Of a stretch of 64,000 nucleotides of DNA, positions 28,226 to 45,861 are shown one piece after another. The stretch is from the human T2T-CHM13v2.0 reference genome, Homo sapiens, in NCBI RefSeq assembly GCF_009914755.1, contig NC_060929.1. One strand, given 5' to 3'. The notes below the pieces were generated by a model that was given only the letters and a program-made list of their open reading frames with translations, was not told the origin of the DNA and searched no databases. Both the position numbers and the translations under genes were made by a program. The stretch's first letter is position 1. Each line of letters starts with the position of its first letter.

Positions 28226-30316
28226 CACACTATGTATAAAAATTGGTTTACTTTCTCTCCTCACTTAGAAAGTGAGAAAAGTGAGTGTAGAGCAGTGCTT
28301 TTTATCTCAGGATCCCCACTGCACCTAACACAGTACTCAATAAATATTTTTAGAAAGGAGAAATAAAGAATGAAAAGTTCTGCTCATATTTTAGCCTGTT
28401 TTAACACCATCAGAGTTATGTTGGAGACAATATTAAAGTCACACATTAATATGATACTCAGACAAGTTTGACAATTCATGGAAAGGTGCATATGTGGTTG
28501 TGAATTCACTAGGCAATTACATAAATCTCCTCATTAATCTTATTTAGAGGCCGAGGAAGAGGAAGAAGAGATCTTACCAGAATCAATCTGTATCTCCTCT
28601 CTTTCGGAGTAGGCCTTCCCCTGAGACTAGCAATTGTTCTGCCTGTTGATTTGAGTGTGTGGGATAGGACCAGGAAGCGAATATCCTCTTTTTTTTTTAT
28701 TTTTTTTATTTTTTTTTATTTTGCAAGCAGTGAGTGTGTATTCCTGCGAAATTAAGTGCTGAAACAATTTTATCCTGTTGTTTTTCATGTGCATTACATC
28801 ATCTATGTGTAAACTAACTGTGGCTCCTAAGGACCTCTAGACTCTCTAGCCTGAACATCAAGGCCCTCTATCACAGGCCTCCAGTGTGTGTCCAGCTGCT
28901 GTCAGCTACACCCTGCTACTCATAGCTGGAGATCTACTGTGGGTTTTGCCCGCCTGCTTTATGGAATCATTCTGTCCTTCTCCACTGTGAAAAGCACTCT
29001 CATTTTCCTGCATCTTATGGCTGGGAAAGACTTTGCTGTAGCTTTTTTCTTTTTTTTTTTTTATCAGCATCTGATTTCTTATTGCCTGATTCATTGATGC
29101 CAATCGTTCTTGGTTCAGATTGGCTGCTATAGTGATTTTAAATCTGTATTTAATTTTTTATTGAATGAACTATAAATATGATCACCCATCTATATCCCAG
29201 GCTTGAGACTCAGAGCAGTTTTTTAAAGCCCTCTAGTGCTTTTCAAGGCAAACTTATTTGAAATATTGTTTGCATCCCACAATGTTGACACCCTTGGGAG
29301 GAAACAAGGTGAATCTTAGAGGTGTTTACTTTCTCCTGCACACTCACTGGCCTGATGCCTATTTGGCTGATCAGGCCTGACTGGCTCAGCACAGGTGTAA
29401 TGAATGTCTTAGATTACCCAGTGACTTTGAACTTTAATTTTTATTTGCTTGGTTCACTCAAAGAACACCTCTGTGCCACTGTAATCATTAGGATGCTTCA
29501 TCTCTGCAGGCTGATAGGATTTATGACCCCAGGGTTGGAAAAGCATAAAGAGGAGATGGTCCTCCTGAGAGGTTTGTCTCTTCAGGTTAGTGTTAATGCA
29601 GAAGCTGTATTTACCCACTAGATCCCAACACCATAAAAAGTAAACCCACAGCAGAGTGCTAAAAGATGACTCTTGTTTGGAGCCCTTGCAGCATCTAAAA
29701 GTGACACTGCAATCAATGAAAGCATTTTATTGGACGCTTGGATTTTACTACAGGAAATCACAAAGCTCTATTATGTACCAAAACAGCAACAGATTTTGTT
29801 GGTGGCCTTGAATCAATCTGTTAAATATATTTGAAGGAATATGGATATTAGTAAAGTTGGATAGGAATTTTCAGGTGGTGCCAAGAAATAAGCTTCTACA
29901 AATAAACACTCAATCAAACAAACAGAAACACAAGTAGTTGCCTAGTTCCCACAAGTTTGCAGAATACTTTCACATATATCATATGTTCAGTCCACCAACC
30001 TTAGGAAGGACATCAGGAAGTCATGATTTGTAGTCATTCTGTTTTAGACATGAAGGTATTTGAAGTGTAGAGGCATTGAGTCATGAGAGGTTGAAATTCT
30101 CATAGGTGGTTTTGATGTCTCATTTGTGTTGCATTCCATGACTTCAAAAATTACCAGGAAAGCTATAGTTGCTCCAATTCTAAATTCACCAAGTCCATTA
30201 AAGTAGGCTGAGTATCTAGAGTGCAAAATAAAGTCACAATTTGTAAGATATTCAGCTTATTGAAATAATATGTACATTCCACATGGATAGTTCAATCACT
30301 TAAAAGAAGACATCTA

Positions 30317-30633
<317 letters not shown>

Positions 30634-30679
30634 TTATTTACTGGGATTATAAAAATAATCTGACTCTTACAGTATTACC

Positions 30680-31330
30680 CATTCATTCATTTATTTGTTT
30701 AAAATTTATTAAGCATTCTCTTTGTACCAGGTATTGTGCTATAATAGATATACAAATGAGTAACATTTAATTCCTACTTCTTAAATACAATAATAATAAT
30801 ACTAGATAATATTTACTGATGCTAGCTTCTGATATGTCAAGCAATGTGTTAATAACTTAAGACATATTACAACATTGATTACCAATAGCCTCTTATGGTA
30901 TAGGTTATCTTATTATCCCTATTTTCCAGATAAGGTAATTGAAGCTCACATCCAAGGTAGGCTGTTAAATGGCAGACTTGAACTGCATTCAAGATCTGGT
31001 GTGATCCCGAAGCACACAGTTTTTAATCTTTCCGTATCTTTTTCTTCCCATGCTCTGCTGCTGATGGTCTGGGATAGACAGGCAAATAAACAGATGACTT
31101 AGTAATAAACTGGAGGGACTTTAATAACAACGGAATAAATGAAGTGCTGTAGGAATGTAAAGTGAGGAAAATTAGAGAGGACTGGACTTAGTAGATGGAA
31201 CTGAACTTGGTTCTTAAAATAGCCATAAACTTTTTCTAAGCAAAGAAAGAGAAAAGCCATTCCAGGAAGAAAGGAAAATAGAGCAAAAGCATGGAGTTAC
31301 ATCTAAGAGTTTCTGCTTTAGGCAGTATAG
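30680..31330 (-). mobile_element. L2 with nested MIR (~30790-31030)
   Basis: attcattcatttatttg...attaagcattctctttgtaccagg reverse L2 end; MIR core ccctattttccagataagg. Confidence 0.65.
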
Positions 31331-32956
31331 AAAGTATTCCTTGGTCGCCAAAAGTTTAGTGAGTCCTTGTAGAGTTCCTGGTACTGCATCAGTTACTTGA
31401 GGCACTGACTATGGAGTGGGCCTGGTCTTGTGGACATGGTCTTTTGCTTTAAGCTAAAAAGAACTCCTCAAATTTGTATGATAATCAGACCTCAAGGCAC
31501 AGCACCATTACAGGACTGGCCATTTCAGTAACACATAGAAGTATCCTGAGCTCTGAATTCCAATGCATTGGTCTTAGGTTTTATTAGCTCTCAACAATGT
31601 GAGGATTGCTACTTAAATATGCAAAAAGACTTCAAGTCATCATCTAATTCACACAAGAGATAGTAGCATAGGTTGAAAAGCAGGGAGTATATAATTACCC
31701 AGGAGCAGATAAGTGAGAGTTGACAGCTGTCAAACAATGTGTTACCCTAGATGTGAAGCATAGTTATGGATGGGGAATGGGAGTCTGTCCATTTCCCTAT
31801 AGATTTGAAGACTCTGAGCTCTCTTAATTGAAGGTACAATGTTACTGTCACTCACCAATGGTAGTATCATGTTATTAAGAGTCTGAGAGAATTCTAACAA
31901 TATCCTAGGAAGACTCTCTATCCTTAAGGAGCAGTGGGAAAGTCTCAGAGCTTACTGGAAAATGAAGAGGGATGCACTGAATGTGATTATCTATAAAAGT
32001 GCTTTGGTGCCCTTGAATTCAACTCTTATTTCTAAACTGGAACTGCCCCCTGAGTTCTACCCAGGAAGTAAGTAAGAAAGCTCCTTTATGCTATTTAGGG
32101 TTAAATAATAATTCTTAAACTCAGAGCATTCATAATTGTGACCCTCTTGACCATTGATATTATAGAAAGATGGCAGAAATTCTTAGAAAAAGCCCATGCA
32201 TGTTAAAAAGTAAAGGATAGGGACTGCTGGCAAAAGACAACAGATTAAAGCAACAGGTTTTATTTTCTCCCTCTGATTCCTATCAAACACCTCTAAAATG
32301 ACAAAAGAGGAGTAAAATGACATAAAAATATAAAAGCAGAGAATGGTCTGCAAGATGACATTGGATGAGAAACAACAACATTATTTTGGAAGTTAGAAAG
32401 TAGATGCACAAGTAATGATTGACTTGATAAAGAAGAGAAAGCTGAACCTAAATAGAAGGGAAAGACAGCAAAATGAGGCTGAGTCTATGACTCAGGCAAG
32501 GCGCAGGGGGCCTGGAGATTCTGGGTTGCTGGATACATTGGAAGGGAACAGGGCTGTAAACACAGGCATTCTCTGAAAGCCTGCATAAGGAGCAGTTAGC
32601 TACCTGATAAATCACCCACCTTGTGCAGCCAAACAACCCACTCTCTCTACCTGACAGTAGCAGAGAGGGTTGTCTTCAGATAACTGAACCAGGGACAACA
32701 TGCCCAACAGAGGGCAATGCTGAGATACTTTACTGGAAATAGAAGGATTAATTTAAAGTCTACACACTGGCTGACAAGACCCTGAACTTCTGTTCTCTGC
32801 ATATCTCCTAGAACTTCAAATAGTTCAGTAAGAAATTGAAGAAGTTTTATCTAGAGAACCAATATGCCCATAAGGAGTTAGGGGTTGAGGAGGGGCACTA
32901 AAAATACTAACACTTGGCATCCTTCAAAGAAACAGCCAGATCTCCATTTGATCTTA

Positions 32957-33301
32957 TGTATTAGTTCTCACGCTGCTAATAAAGACATACCCGAGACTGG
33001 GTAATTTATAAAGAACAAAAGGTTTAATGGACTCACAGTTCCACATAGCTGGGAAGGCCTCATAATCATGGCGGAAGGCAAAGGAGGAGAAAGACATGTT
33101 TTGCATGGTAGCAGGCAAGAATATGTGTGCAGGGGAACCATCAGATTTCGTGAGACTTATTCACTGTCATGAAAACAGCATGGGAAAGACATGCCACCAT
33201 GATTCAGTTACCTCTCACCCTGGCCTTCCCACAACTCGTGGGAATTATGGGAGCTACAATTCGAGATGAGATTTGAGTGGGGACACAGCCAAACCATATC
33301 A
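32957..33301 (-). mobile_element. THE1 (THE1C-like) MaLR solo LTR
   Basis: tgtattagt...ctcacgctgctaataaagacatacccgagactggg...ggggacacagccaaaccatatca; perfect 5-bp TSD tctta at 32952-32956 and 33302-33306. Confidence 0.95.
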
Positions 33302-33574
33302 TCTTACTATTTTAAAACCCATCAGTAAATATGTTATAATGCTACTTGTGCTTTTTTGCTAAGCAATGACTTTTAAAAAAGTAATTGCATTATGAGCTTT
33401 AGGACTTCCAGGGTGAGATTATTAATATAAGAACATTTTAGTAATCTATTCTATAGCATTGTAATCACTGAACAATTGAGCAGAAGGAGCTTCCACTCCA
33501 GTGGAAAGCTCTTGAAAAATAATATATGTTTTTGACAATGTGGCTGTTCTTCTGCTCTTCTCATTTGGCCCCTT

Positions 33575-34030
33575 GTATATCAGTTATGTATTTCCACAAT
33601 AATGCTGAAAAGAATCCACCCAGAATCTCAGTGACTAAAAATAATAAGCCTTTATGTAGCCTGAGAGTGTGTAGCTTGGCTAGGTAGTTATTCTGGTGTT
33701 GACTGGGCTCACTCAGTTCATTTGTTTGTGGTCAGCTGCAGGTGGTCCTGCAGCTCTGTGTGTGTGTCTTTCTGTGTATTTGGGGGTCAGCCAGATGTTG
33801 GCTGGGCTAATATTGTTCAGGCTGGGATAATGAGGGACAACTCAGCTCTGTTTCATGTGTCTCATTCCCCAGCATTCTTGTCTGGGCATGTCCATGGCAA
33901 AGGCAGAGGAGCAAGAGTGAAAGCAAGCCTCAAGATGTAAGTGATTTTCATGCCGCTGCTTACATCATGCTTGCTAATGTCCCAGTGCCCAAAGCATGTC
34001 ACATGGCTGGTTCCAGAATCAGGACAGATG
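33575..34030 (-). mobile_element. Old MLT1 (H/I-type) LTR
   Basis: cacccagaatctcagtgact...gggctcactca...cccaaagcatgtcacatggc. Confidence 0.65.
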
Positions 34031-34954
34031 AAGAACTAGGTCCATCAGTGCCATCAGTTTGCCACATCTGGCTCCCTCTTTTCCCTCCATCTTTTCTTTG
34101 TGTCTGGAACCTACTCTAAAATTCAGGGAGTATAATATTTTGGCCTACCGTTATCCAACAATTTGCTCTTGACTTAAAGTTTCCCAAGCTGTATACTTTT
34201 TATCACTTTACTAAACATACAACTCAGCTTGAAACCAGAGTATATTTGCCTTAGAAAGCTACTCACATAAAAAGAAATCCCTCAGAGGTTGAAGGGAACC
34301 AGCTTATACAACAGACTCTGTGTTCTTTGAAGTGTGGTTATGAAGGGTTCATCAACATGGGACTGAATTTATAAATCTCCACTCAGAGTTGACATGATAG
34401 AATCACTTTGGAGCTTCCTCTGATGTGTCTTGGAAGTTCAAATTCTTGGACACATAAAGGATGGTGTCCTGGTGGGGTAGATATATTAGTTCTTGGTTTT
34501 GGGACTCAAGGTGGGTGATCTTGACCAATCACTTGACTTCTGCTTCCTTTTCTGAGAAAGACTGGTAATTATTCTTTATGAAGAATACCTATCTCATAGA
34601 CTTAAGGATTAAATGGCACAAATGGATGATGATACTAATCTAAAGGTATACAATTCTAAACCAGTGAACCATTTTTATAGTATTCTTATGACAAAAAGTT
34701 GCCCTTCTGGTGGCATTCACAGTAATAATAGCTTTCAATTGCTGAGTGTGTGCTATGTGCCAGGCATGATGTTATGCACTTTGTCTCCACGATTTAAATT
34801 AATCTTCATGGAAATGCTATGGAAATTAATATTTTTCTTGTTTGACAGAAAACTGAGTTTTAGAAAGGTCAGCTAACTTACCGAATTTCACATGGTAATG
34901 AAATGAGTGCAGTGAAAGGAACCTGGCAGATACATTCCAGAGCCTTGCCTTGCC

Positions 34955-35265
34955 TTTTTCTTTTTTGTTTGTTTTGTTTTTAGACAGGGTCTCACTCTGT
35001 CACCCGGGTTGGAGTGTGATGGTGCAGTCTTGGCTCACTGCACCTTCAAACTCATAGGCTTAAGCGATCCTCCCACCTCAGCTTCCCTAGTCACTGGGAC
35101 TACCGGCATGTACTACCACACCTGGCTAATTTTTTTTTTATTTTTTGTAGAGATCTGGTCTCACTATGTTGCCCAGGCCAGTCTCTAACTCCTGAGCTCA
35201 AACGATTCCCCTGCCTTGACCTTCCAAAGTTCTGGGATTACAGAAATGAGCCACTAGGCCCCACC
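34955..35265 (-). mobile_element. AluJ next to a reverse MIR (~34720-34945)
   Basis: agacagggtctcactctgtcacc, ggcttaagcgatcctcccacctcagc and ttttttgtagaga are AluJ features. Confidence 0.93.
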
Positions 35266-35609
35266 CAGATCCTGTTTTCTTAATTATTTTTCTTGCACTG
35301 TACATGGTGTCAATCTTTAGCAATTGTGAGTGAGCCTTCAGCACTCTCCAAAGCATTCACCCAGAATTAACTCCCATGACATAGCATCATACCTTAACTA
35401 GAAGACATGTTACTATTAATGATCTTTATTAAGCACCTACTGTGTACAGCATACTGCTAAAAGTGAGGGTATAAGAAGAAGACAGAGAAAGACTCTTTAG
35501 AAAAATGTGACCCACACCCAAAGAAAATAAATAGCTTATAGCCAGGATGGGTGGAGGACAGCTGACAGGTGGGACTGAGTGGAGACTGGAGAACTATACG
35601 TGTGATAAT

Positions 35610-36110
35610 GGCTTCTAATTGTTTGTTCAATGACCATATATTGGAAGTCTACTATGAGAAAGATGCAAGGGGTAGAAAAATGAGTAAAGCTGTCCTTTTC
35701 CTAAAAGAGCTCAGGTTCTAGTGAAAGACACACACACACACAAACACACTACAATGACACAGCATGATAAAGGGCTCTAATAGAACTTTGGTTTGGGTGT
35801 GGGGTCTGGGACAGGTGCTGAGTCCAGGGAAGGCTCCACAGGAGGTGACAATTGAGCTGAATCATAAAAAATGAAGCAGAACCTCTCAGAAAGAAAAACC
35901 AATATTGAAACAGAAACAGAAAAGGCTATGTAGTGTGAGCAAAGCTCTGGGAGAGGAACAGTCCATGGCAGGTGCGAGATAGAGTTGGAGGGTGAAGGCA
36001 GGTGGGAAAAGAGCATCAGGAGGTGATTAGGGGCCAGATCATGAAGAGTCATGCTGAGAAAATGGAGTTGTAGCTTAGAAAATGGGAGCTGCTCATTTTA
36101 AGAACCTGAA
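35610..36110 (-). mobile_element. L2 fragment
   Basis: tccagggaaggctccacaggaggtgacaattgagctga...ggccagatcatgaagag. Confidence 0.7.
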
Positions 36111-37199
36111 ATTCCCTCATTAAGTAAAAGTTAAAATGGTAAAATGCTTCAGTACCCCTGTTGGGCAGGGTTTTCTTGTGCTTTTTGATAGGACTAGCAG
36201 AGGCACATAATGGAGATGCCCCATGTCCAGTGCCATCCATCTTGCTGAAAAGGCCTTCCTGTGAGACCACATGACTTTCCCACTGACAGAAGCCAGGCAG
36301 ACAGGCTGTCTTGTGCATTGGCCCTTGGAAAAGCAGAGCTGCTACAAAATCTGTTCCTGAGAAGTTCTAATTCATTTTCCCCTTTGCCAATGCTGAAGGA
36401 GCTGGGATGCCAATAGGGCAAGTTCCAGACACGGCTTCTGACCTTACTCCCTGGTGCCTGTAATAGCAGCACAAGCAATGAACAAAGCATAAAGGTGTGT
36501 GCAAGCCTGAACTCCAGTCCACAATTGTGCACAAAGTCTGCTAATCCAAGACTGGAACGGGCTGTGCACAAATGAGGCAATTCGGAAGCCAGGAAGAGCA
36601 TCTGCATGTGCATGCTGTGAATTAGTAAGCAAGCTGCCACTGTGGGTTCCCTCTAATGTCATCTTTTACTTCTATCAGCTTGAAAATACTTCAGAAACCT
36701 CTTTGCCCCTGGTCCCATGCCTGATGAATGGCCTGTGATCATCAATGCTATGCTCTGCTTACATCCAGGATATTATTTTAAAATCCTCTGTGTTTCCCAC
36801 GTTTTTAAATGAAAGAAGTTGCCAGGTTTCAACAGTAGGCACTTGGTAAGCCTGTTTCTAAGATTTCTGGATGAAAAAGACAAATTGTTCTACCAGAGTT
36901 CCAAGAAAGAAAGTGATTATTCACATCCTATGAATCTACTTCCATCCATATGCTCCCTCCTTCCCTTTGAAACCTGACCTGCTTACTCTGATACACACAT
37001 CATACCCACACACAAACCCACACATACTCCTACATGCCTCTCATATTCATGAAACTACCTGGAAGGTTGCTGAGATCCCGGTAATTCAAAATTATATAAA
37101 ATCTAAGAGAGAAGTCTGTGTGGATGGGTGTCAGTGTTCATATTCATACATAATTGTAGTCATATATATATATATTTAATATATATAATGTTATATTTT

Positions 37200-37870
37200 G
37201 CTATATTAACATACTGTTCATAAATATTTTCCCAAGTTTCTTCCTTGTCCTTATAATTACTGTCCTAGTAACTACTACATAATATTGCAATGGGTTGGTG
37301 TATCATATTCATCTTATTTATGGTCTAACTTAAGGCATTTTAATTTTAAATATTTATGATTATTACTAAGGCTATAATGGGCATTTTTGCGTTGCGTGCT
37401 GTAGAATGATTTCTCCAGGATACACATCGTAGAGTGGAATTATTGGGGGAAAAGGATATGAAAAATTTTATAGTTCCTAATAATAATTATCATGTTGTTT
37501 TCTAAAATAGGTGGTACAAACTTTTTATATCATTAGGGGTGTGAACGTGCCAATTTCACAAGAATTTTCTCAGTAGTAGGCTATGATTTTAATGCATGTT
37601 GTTTGTTCTACTAATCTGTTGGGCGTAAAGTATTATAGAAAATTTTCTTAATTTGAAATTTTATGATTGGTAGGAAGCATAAACATTTTTCCAAGAATTT
37701 ACTTAATGTGATGTAAGTGTTACATTTACTTTTTATGTGATGTACATTGTTTATAGTCTTATATATTTGGTGTCTATGGGTTTTTCTCATAACTTTAATG
37801 AATTCTTTAAATGGTGTAGATATTAACCACTTATATGCAATATTAGACATTTGCAGACTGTAATAATTTG
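37200..37870 (-). mobile_element. Old L1M(E) fragment
   Basis: ggatacacatcgtagagtggaattattggg...gatattaaccacttat...catttgcaga. Confidence 0.55.
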
Positions 37871-37984
37871 CTTTTGTGAAATGTTCTTTACTCAACTCTC
37901 GACAAGACCTACTTCTCATCATCATTCAGCTCTCTGTTCCATTACCATTTTTTTAGAGAGAGTAGCCCTGATCTATCTATACAT

Positions 37985-38200
37985 AGTGAAGGGAGAAGAG
38001 TGGGTGAGAACAAGACCTTTAGAGCCAGAGTGTCTAGGTCCAGATCTTGGCTTGCCACTTACTGTGTAGCTTTGGGTGACATATGAAATGGGGAAAATGA
38101 TAATATCCACCCTTTAGGATTGTTGTGAATATTTAAAAAATTGATATAAGCAAAGTGCTTAAAACCATGCTGGCCAAAAGGAAAAACAATAAAAACATAG
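37985..38200 (+). mobile_element. MIR SINE
   Basis: agagccagagtgtctaggtccagatcttggcttgccacttac...aggattgttgtgaa. Confidence 0.8.
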
Positions 38201-40318
38201 CTATTTTTATTTAGGAGTATAACGTCAGAGGGCAATGGAACTGAGTTTTTAATCAGTGGAGAAGAGATGAGAAAGTAAGCTCGGACTTTCTTCCCCATCG
38301 TTTCCCAGACCTAGCCCTGCTGGTATGGTTCTCTTTGATGCTTCAATAAACATTGATCAAGATCTTCTACATCAAGTGACTATGATAAATTATTGCGTCC
38401 TGGGAAAAAATGTTCTTAAAAAATGAGTCCTCCAGAGGCATTGATTTGGGGGATAAAATATAAATATGCATATTAAATAATAGCATGCCACAGTGGAAAG
38501 AACATGGATTTTGGAGACTGGTTGACCTGGGATCAGATCCTGTCTCCACCTTGGGCTGGTTGTGCAGCTTTGGTCAAGTTTTTCGATCTTTCTGAGCCTC
38601 ATCCAGGCCCTACTGGCTTGATAGGAGAGTTAAATAAGTTGACATATGTATGTAGTGCATATGGATCATAGTAGACATTCAATATGCTATAATAATTGTA
38701 TTAAAAGGAGGGCAGGGGTGATTATTCTTTGAGAAGTGGAATTTCTTTTACTGCCTGATGAAAGAAAAAACCCTGGGGGTTCAGACAACAGATGAGTTTG
38801 AACAGATCCTTAAGTGACAAATTTAAGGGTTAGTGAGAGACCTCAGTTGGTATAGCATGACATGAACCTATTTTATGGGCATATGCAGGTATATGGAGAA
38901 CATGGGATGAAGATCATGTACTTGGAGTGAAGTGGATGGCTGAGGGATAGGAGTGATGGAAAATGAGCTGAAAAGGCAAGGCTGAGCTATAATGGTGAAA
39001 GGCCAAGGGGTTACTCTCAGAGATTCATTGCAGTTATTCAGATTCTCCTCACTTTTATGAGATCCTTTGGAACCAGAGAAAAGGGGCATTTGGAAAGCAC
39101 AGAAAAATTTGCTAGTAGTTAACAAAAAAGATGTTAGCATTGTGCTTTATAATGCACTGAAGAGAGACTGTCTTAATTTATCCATCCCCTGGAACGTGAG
39201 GCAAGAATTGTTCCAGAGAAATGCTTTGACACATCCACACACAGGACAACTGTTTGAACTACCTAGATTAGCATCACGTTTGATCAGCAGCATCATCACC
39301 TATTATTTATCAAGCCCTTACTCTGTACCAGGCACTCTGCCTAGTGTATTCTGTGCATTACCTCATTCAATCTTCTCAATAGCCCTAAAAGCAAGTGCCA
39401 ATTTTATTCTCATTTTACAAATAAGCAAACTGAAGCTTAGAGACATTCGATAGCTAGAAAGTGCCGAAGCTACATTTGAACACAGGATTGCCTGTCTCCA
39501 AAATCACTACTCTCAGCAGTCTCTGACACTAGCTTTACTATCTCTTTGTACAACTATTATTCGATCACTGCCCTCTCTCCTTTTTTCCCCATGTCCTCAA
39601 ATGCATTGCATTTTCTTTCTTTCTCTCTCTGCCCTTCTACTCTTGCCCTTGCCCAAGCTTTCATTTATGAACTCAATGTCTCAACGTTTATGGAACACAC
39701 AGTGTGCCAAGTGCTCTGCTAAGTGATTTTACTTCTCTATGTTATTCTTTCTCCATAATGCCTGACATGTTACTAGAAATGTACTCAATAAATACATGAT
39801 CTTGTTAGGTGTGGTCTAGTGCCTCAAGGAATTGAATAAATACAGGATATTTTAGCTGAAATTCCAAGAGTTGAGATGCACTCATGCTTGCTTTCCTTCC
39901 TCTCCTTCTTTCCCTCCTTCCTCTTTTCTTTCCTTCCACAAATATTTGTTGTATGAATGTCTATATGAAATACTTTGCTAAGTGCTAGGGCTACAATAAA
40001 ATACACAGAAAGGCAAATACATTTAATTAAAACACATTTGTGATCCAGGACCAGGCTGCAATGGACATATCCTGGAGGCTGCTGCTCAATACTTGCCCCT
40101 CTCTCAATAGTGAGTAATATAGTGCTTGTCACTGCTGCCCTTTAAAACTCCAAACAGAATCAACTATGGACAAGAAGGGCAACCTCAAAGATTAAATAAG
40201 GGGGAAAGGGAGGGGGCCTGTGGGTAAATCTCATCCATTCCATTCTATCCAGTGATCAGATATTTTGAAGCAGAGGGCAGGTAAGATCCTGTGGTCATGC
40301 TTAAAAATCATGATCTGA

Positions 40319-40605
40319 GGCCAGGCGTGGTGGCTCACGCCTGTAATCCCAGCACTTTGGGAGGCCGAGATGGGTGGATCACGAGGTCAGGAGATGGAGA
40401 CCACAGTGAAACCCCGTCTCTACTAAAAATACAAAAAATTAGCTGGGCATGGTGACGGGTACCTATAGTCCCAGCTATTCGAGAGGCTGAGGCAGGAGAA
40501 TGGCGTGAACCCGGGAGGCGTAGCTTGCAGTGAGCCTAGAGTGCGTCACTGCACTCCAGCCTGGGTGACAGAGCGAGACTCCATCTCAAAAAAAAAAAAA
40601 AAAAA
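40319..40605 (+). mobile_element. AluY-lineage element with 12-bp left-arm deletion
   Basis: gagaatggcgtgaacccgggaggc (Y diagnostics); gagaccacagtgaaa lacks tcctggctaaca; perfect TSD aaaaatcatgatctga at 40303-40318 and 40606-40621 at a TT/AAAA site. Confidence 0.95.
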
Positions 40606-40712
40606 AAAAATCATGATCTGAGAGGCAGAGTTGGAGAGGGGGAGCTTTTGGAAAACCATGGGAGCTGGATGAGACAGTTCTGGTGATAAAGCAGTGTCTG
40701 AGTGTGTCCAAG

Positions 40713-41393
<681 letters not shown>

Positions 41394-42230
41394 CCAAATT
41401 TCTCTAACAACATGACTAAACGGCTTCTGTGAATGACTGACAGGAGCAGGCAGCACCCTTTTTTCCTTCTGGATGGGGTGGTAGAAGGATAACAGGATGC
41501 CATCCCACCTTGCTCACTTGGGGAGAAACAGTGTTTTCCAAATCAGACATATATATGCGGGGGATTTCTCATGGGGATTAGGCAATGGATCTAAAAAGGT
41601 GTTCTCCTCATGCCTGACCTCAGCTTATCCCATGGAGCCCTCTCTATTGTGAATCTGAAGGCTTAGCAAAAACCCTCAGATTCACAGTATTTTCTCAGTA
41701 AAGATCTGAACATCTGCAATGAACAGGTTTCTATGTTAGACAAAGTGGATTAATTTTATTATAAACAAAAACCACCTTCAAAAGAGTATTCATTGTTGGT
41801 TTTTGATTTTAAAAAGTAGAACCATTTGCACAAGTTCACCGATTCCCAACTGGTTGATTCAATGCATTACAAGAGAGGAACTCAGCAACCCTGGCTCATA
41901 TTTTATCAGCCATAGCAGGACATAGAGTTTGGATTTGGGGGATCAAGGCACTTTCAATTTCCAGTATCAGATGCTCATTTATTTATTAAATGAACAAATT
42001 GAATATGCTTAGCCCCATAGGAAATAGAAATGTTACTTTCTCGTTCTTTGTCACTCATTAATAAATAGTGCACATTTGTGTAACAGTAGGATCAGTGAGT
42101 TAGTTTCAGTCTTGTATGTAAGCCATTTCATGGAAGTTTTTCAGTAGTACATTATTGCTTTCACCTTATTTTCAGAGATCTCCTGCGAATATCTGAAATA
42201 TGGGACTGTTTTATTATGTTAAAAAGTTTA

Positions 42231-45255
<3,025 letters not shown>

Positions 45256-45861
45256 TTGGGAATCATCATTCTCAGTAAACTATTGCAAGGACAAAAAACC
45301 AAACACCGCATGTTCTCACTCCTAGGTGGGAATTGAACAATGAGAACACATGGACACAGGAAGGGGAACATCACACTCTGGGGACTGTTGTGGGGTGGGG
45401 GAGGGGGGAGGGATAGCATTAGGAGATATACCTAATGCTAAATGAGGAGTTAATGGGTGCAGCACACCAGCATGGCACATGTATACTTATGTAACTAAGC
45501 TGCACATTGTGCACATGTACCCTAAAACTTAAAGTATAATAATAATAATAATAAAAGTTTAGTTAGCAGAAAATGCAGTACAACATGCATGTTACACAAG
45601 TTTATAGGCTGCCTACATATTAGATATTGAGAATTCCTGGGTAATTTCAGTCTGTAAGTTTGTTTTTCTCAACCACATTATTTATCTTTTATTCTTATCC
45701 AGGATGAATGTAAACCTTTTGGGTTTTTCTTCCTCTTATCCATTCACTCAGAAGATATTTACCGAGTACCTATCTATGCCATGCACTCTCTTAGAGAATG
45801 GGAATACAGCAGTGAACAAGATAGGTAAGAGTCCTGCTGTTAGGGAACTTAAATTCTAGAT

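Noticed and set aside
32190-32950. Possible ancient L1 5' region or HAL1 fragment
   Set aside because: Resemblance too vague to assign without a Dfam search.
36194-36662. 148-aa ORF and repeated tgtgcacaaa with short palindromes
   Set aside because: No recognisable protein, and the repeats are only 7-10 bp, too short to distinguish from chance.
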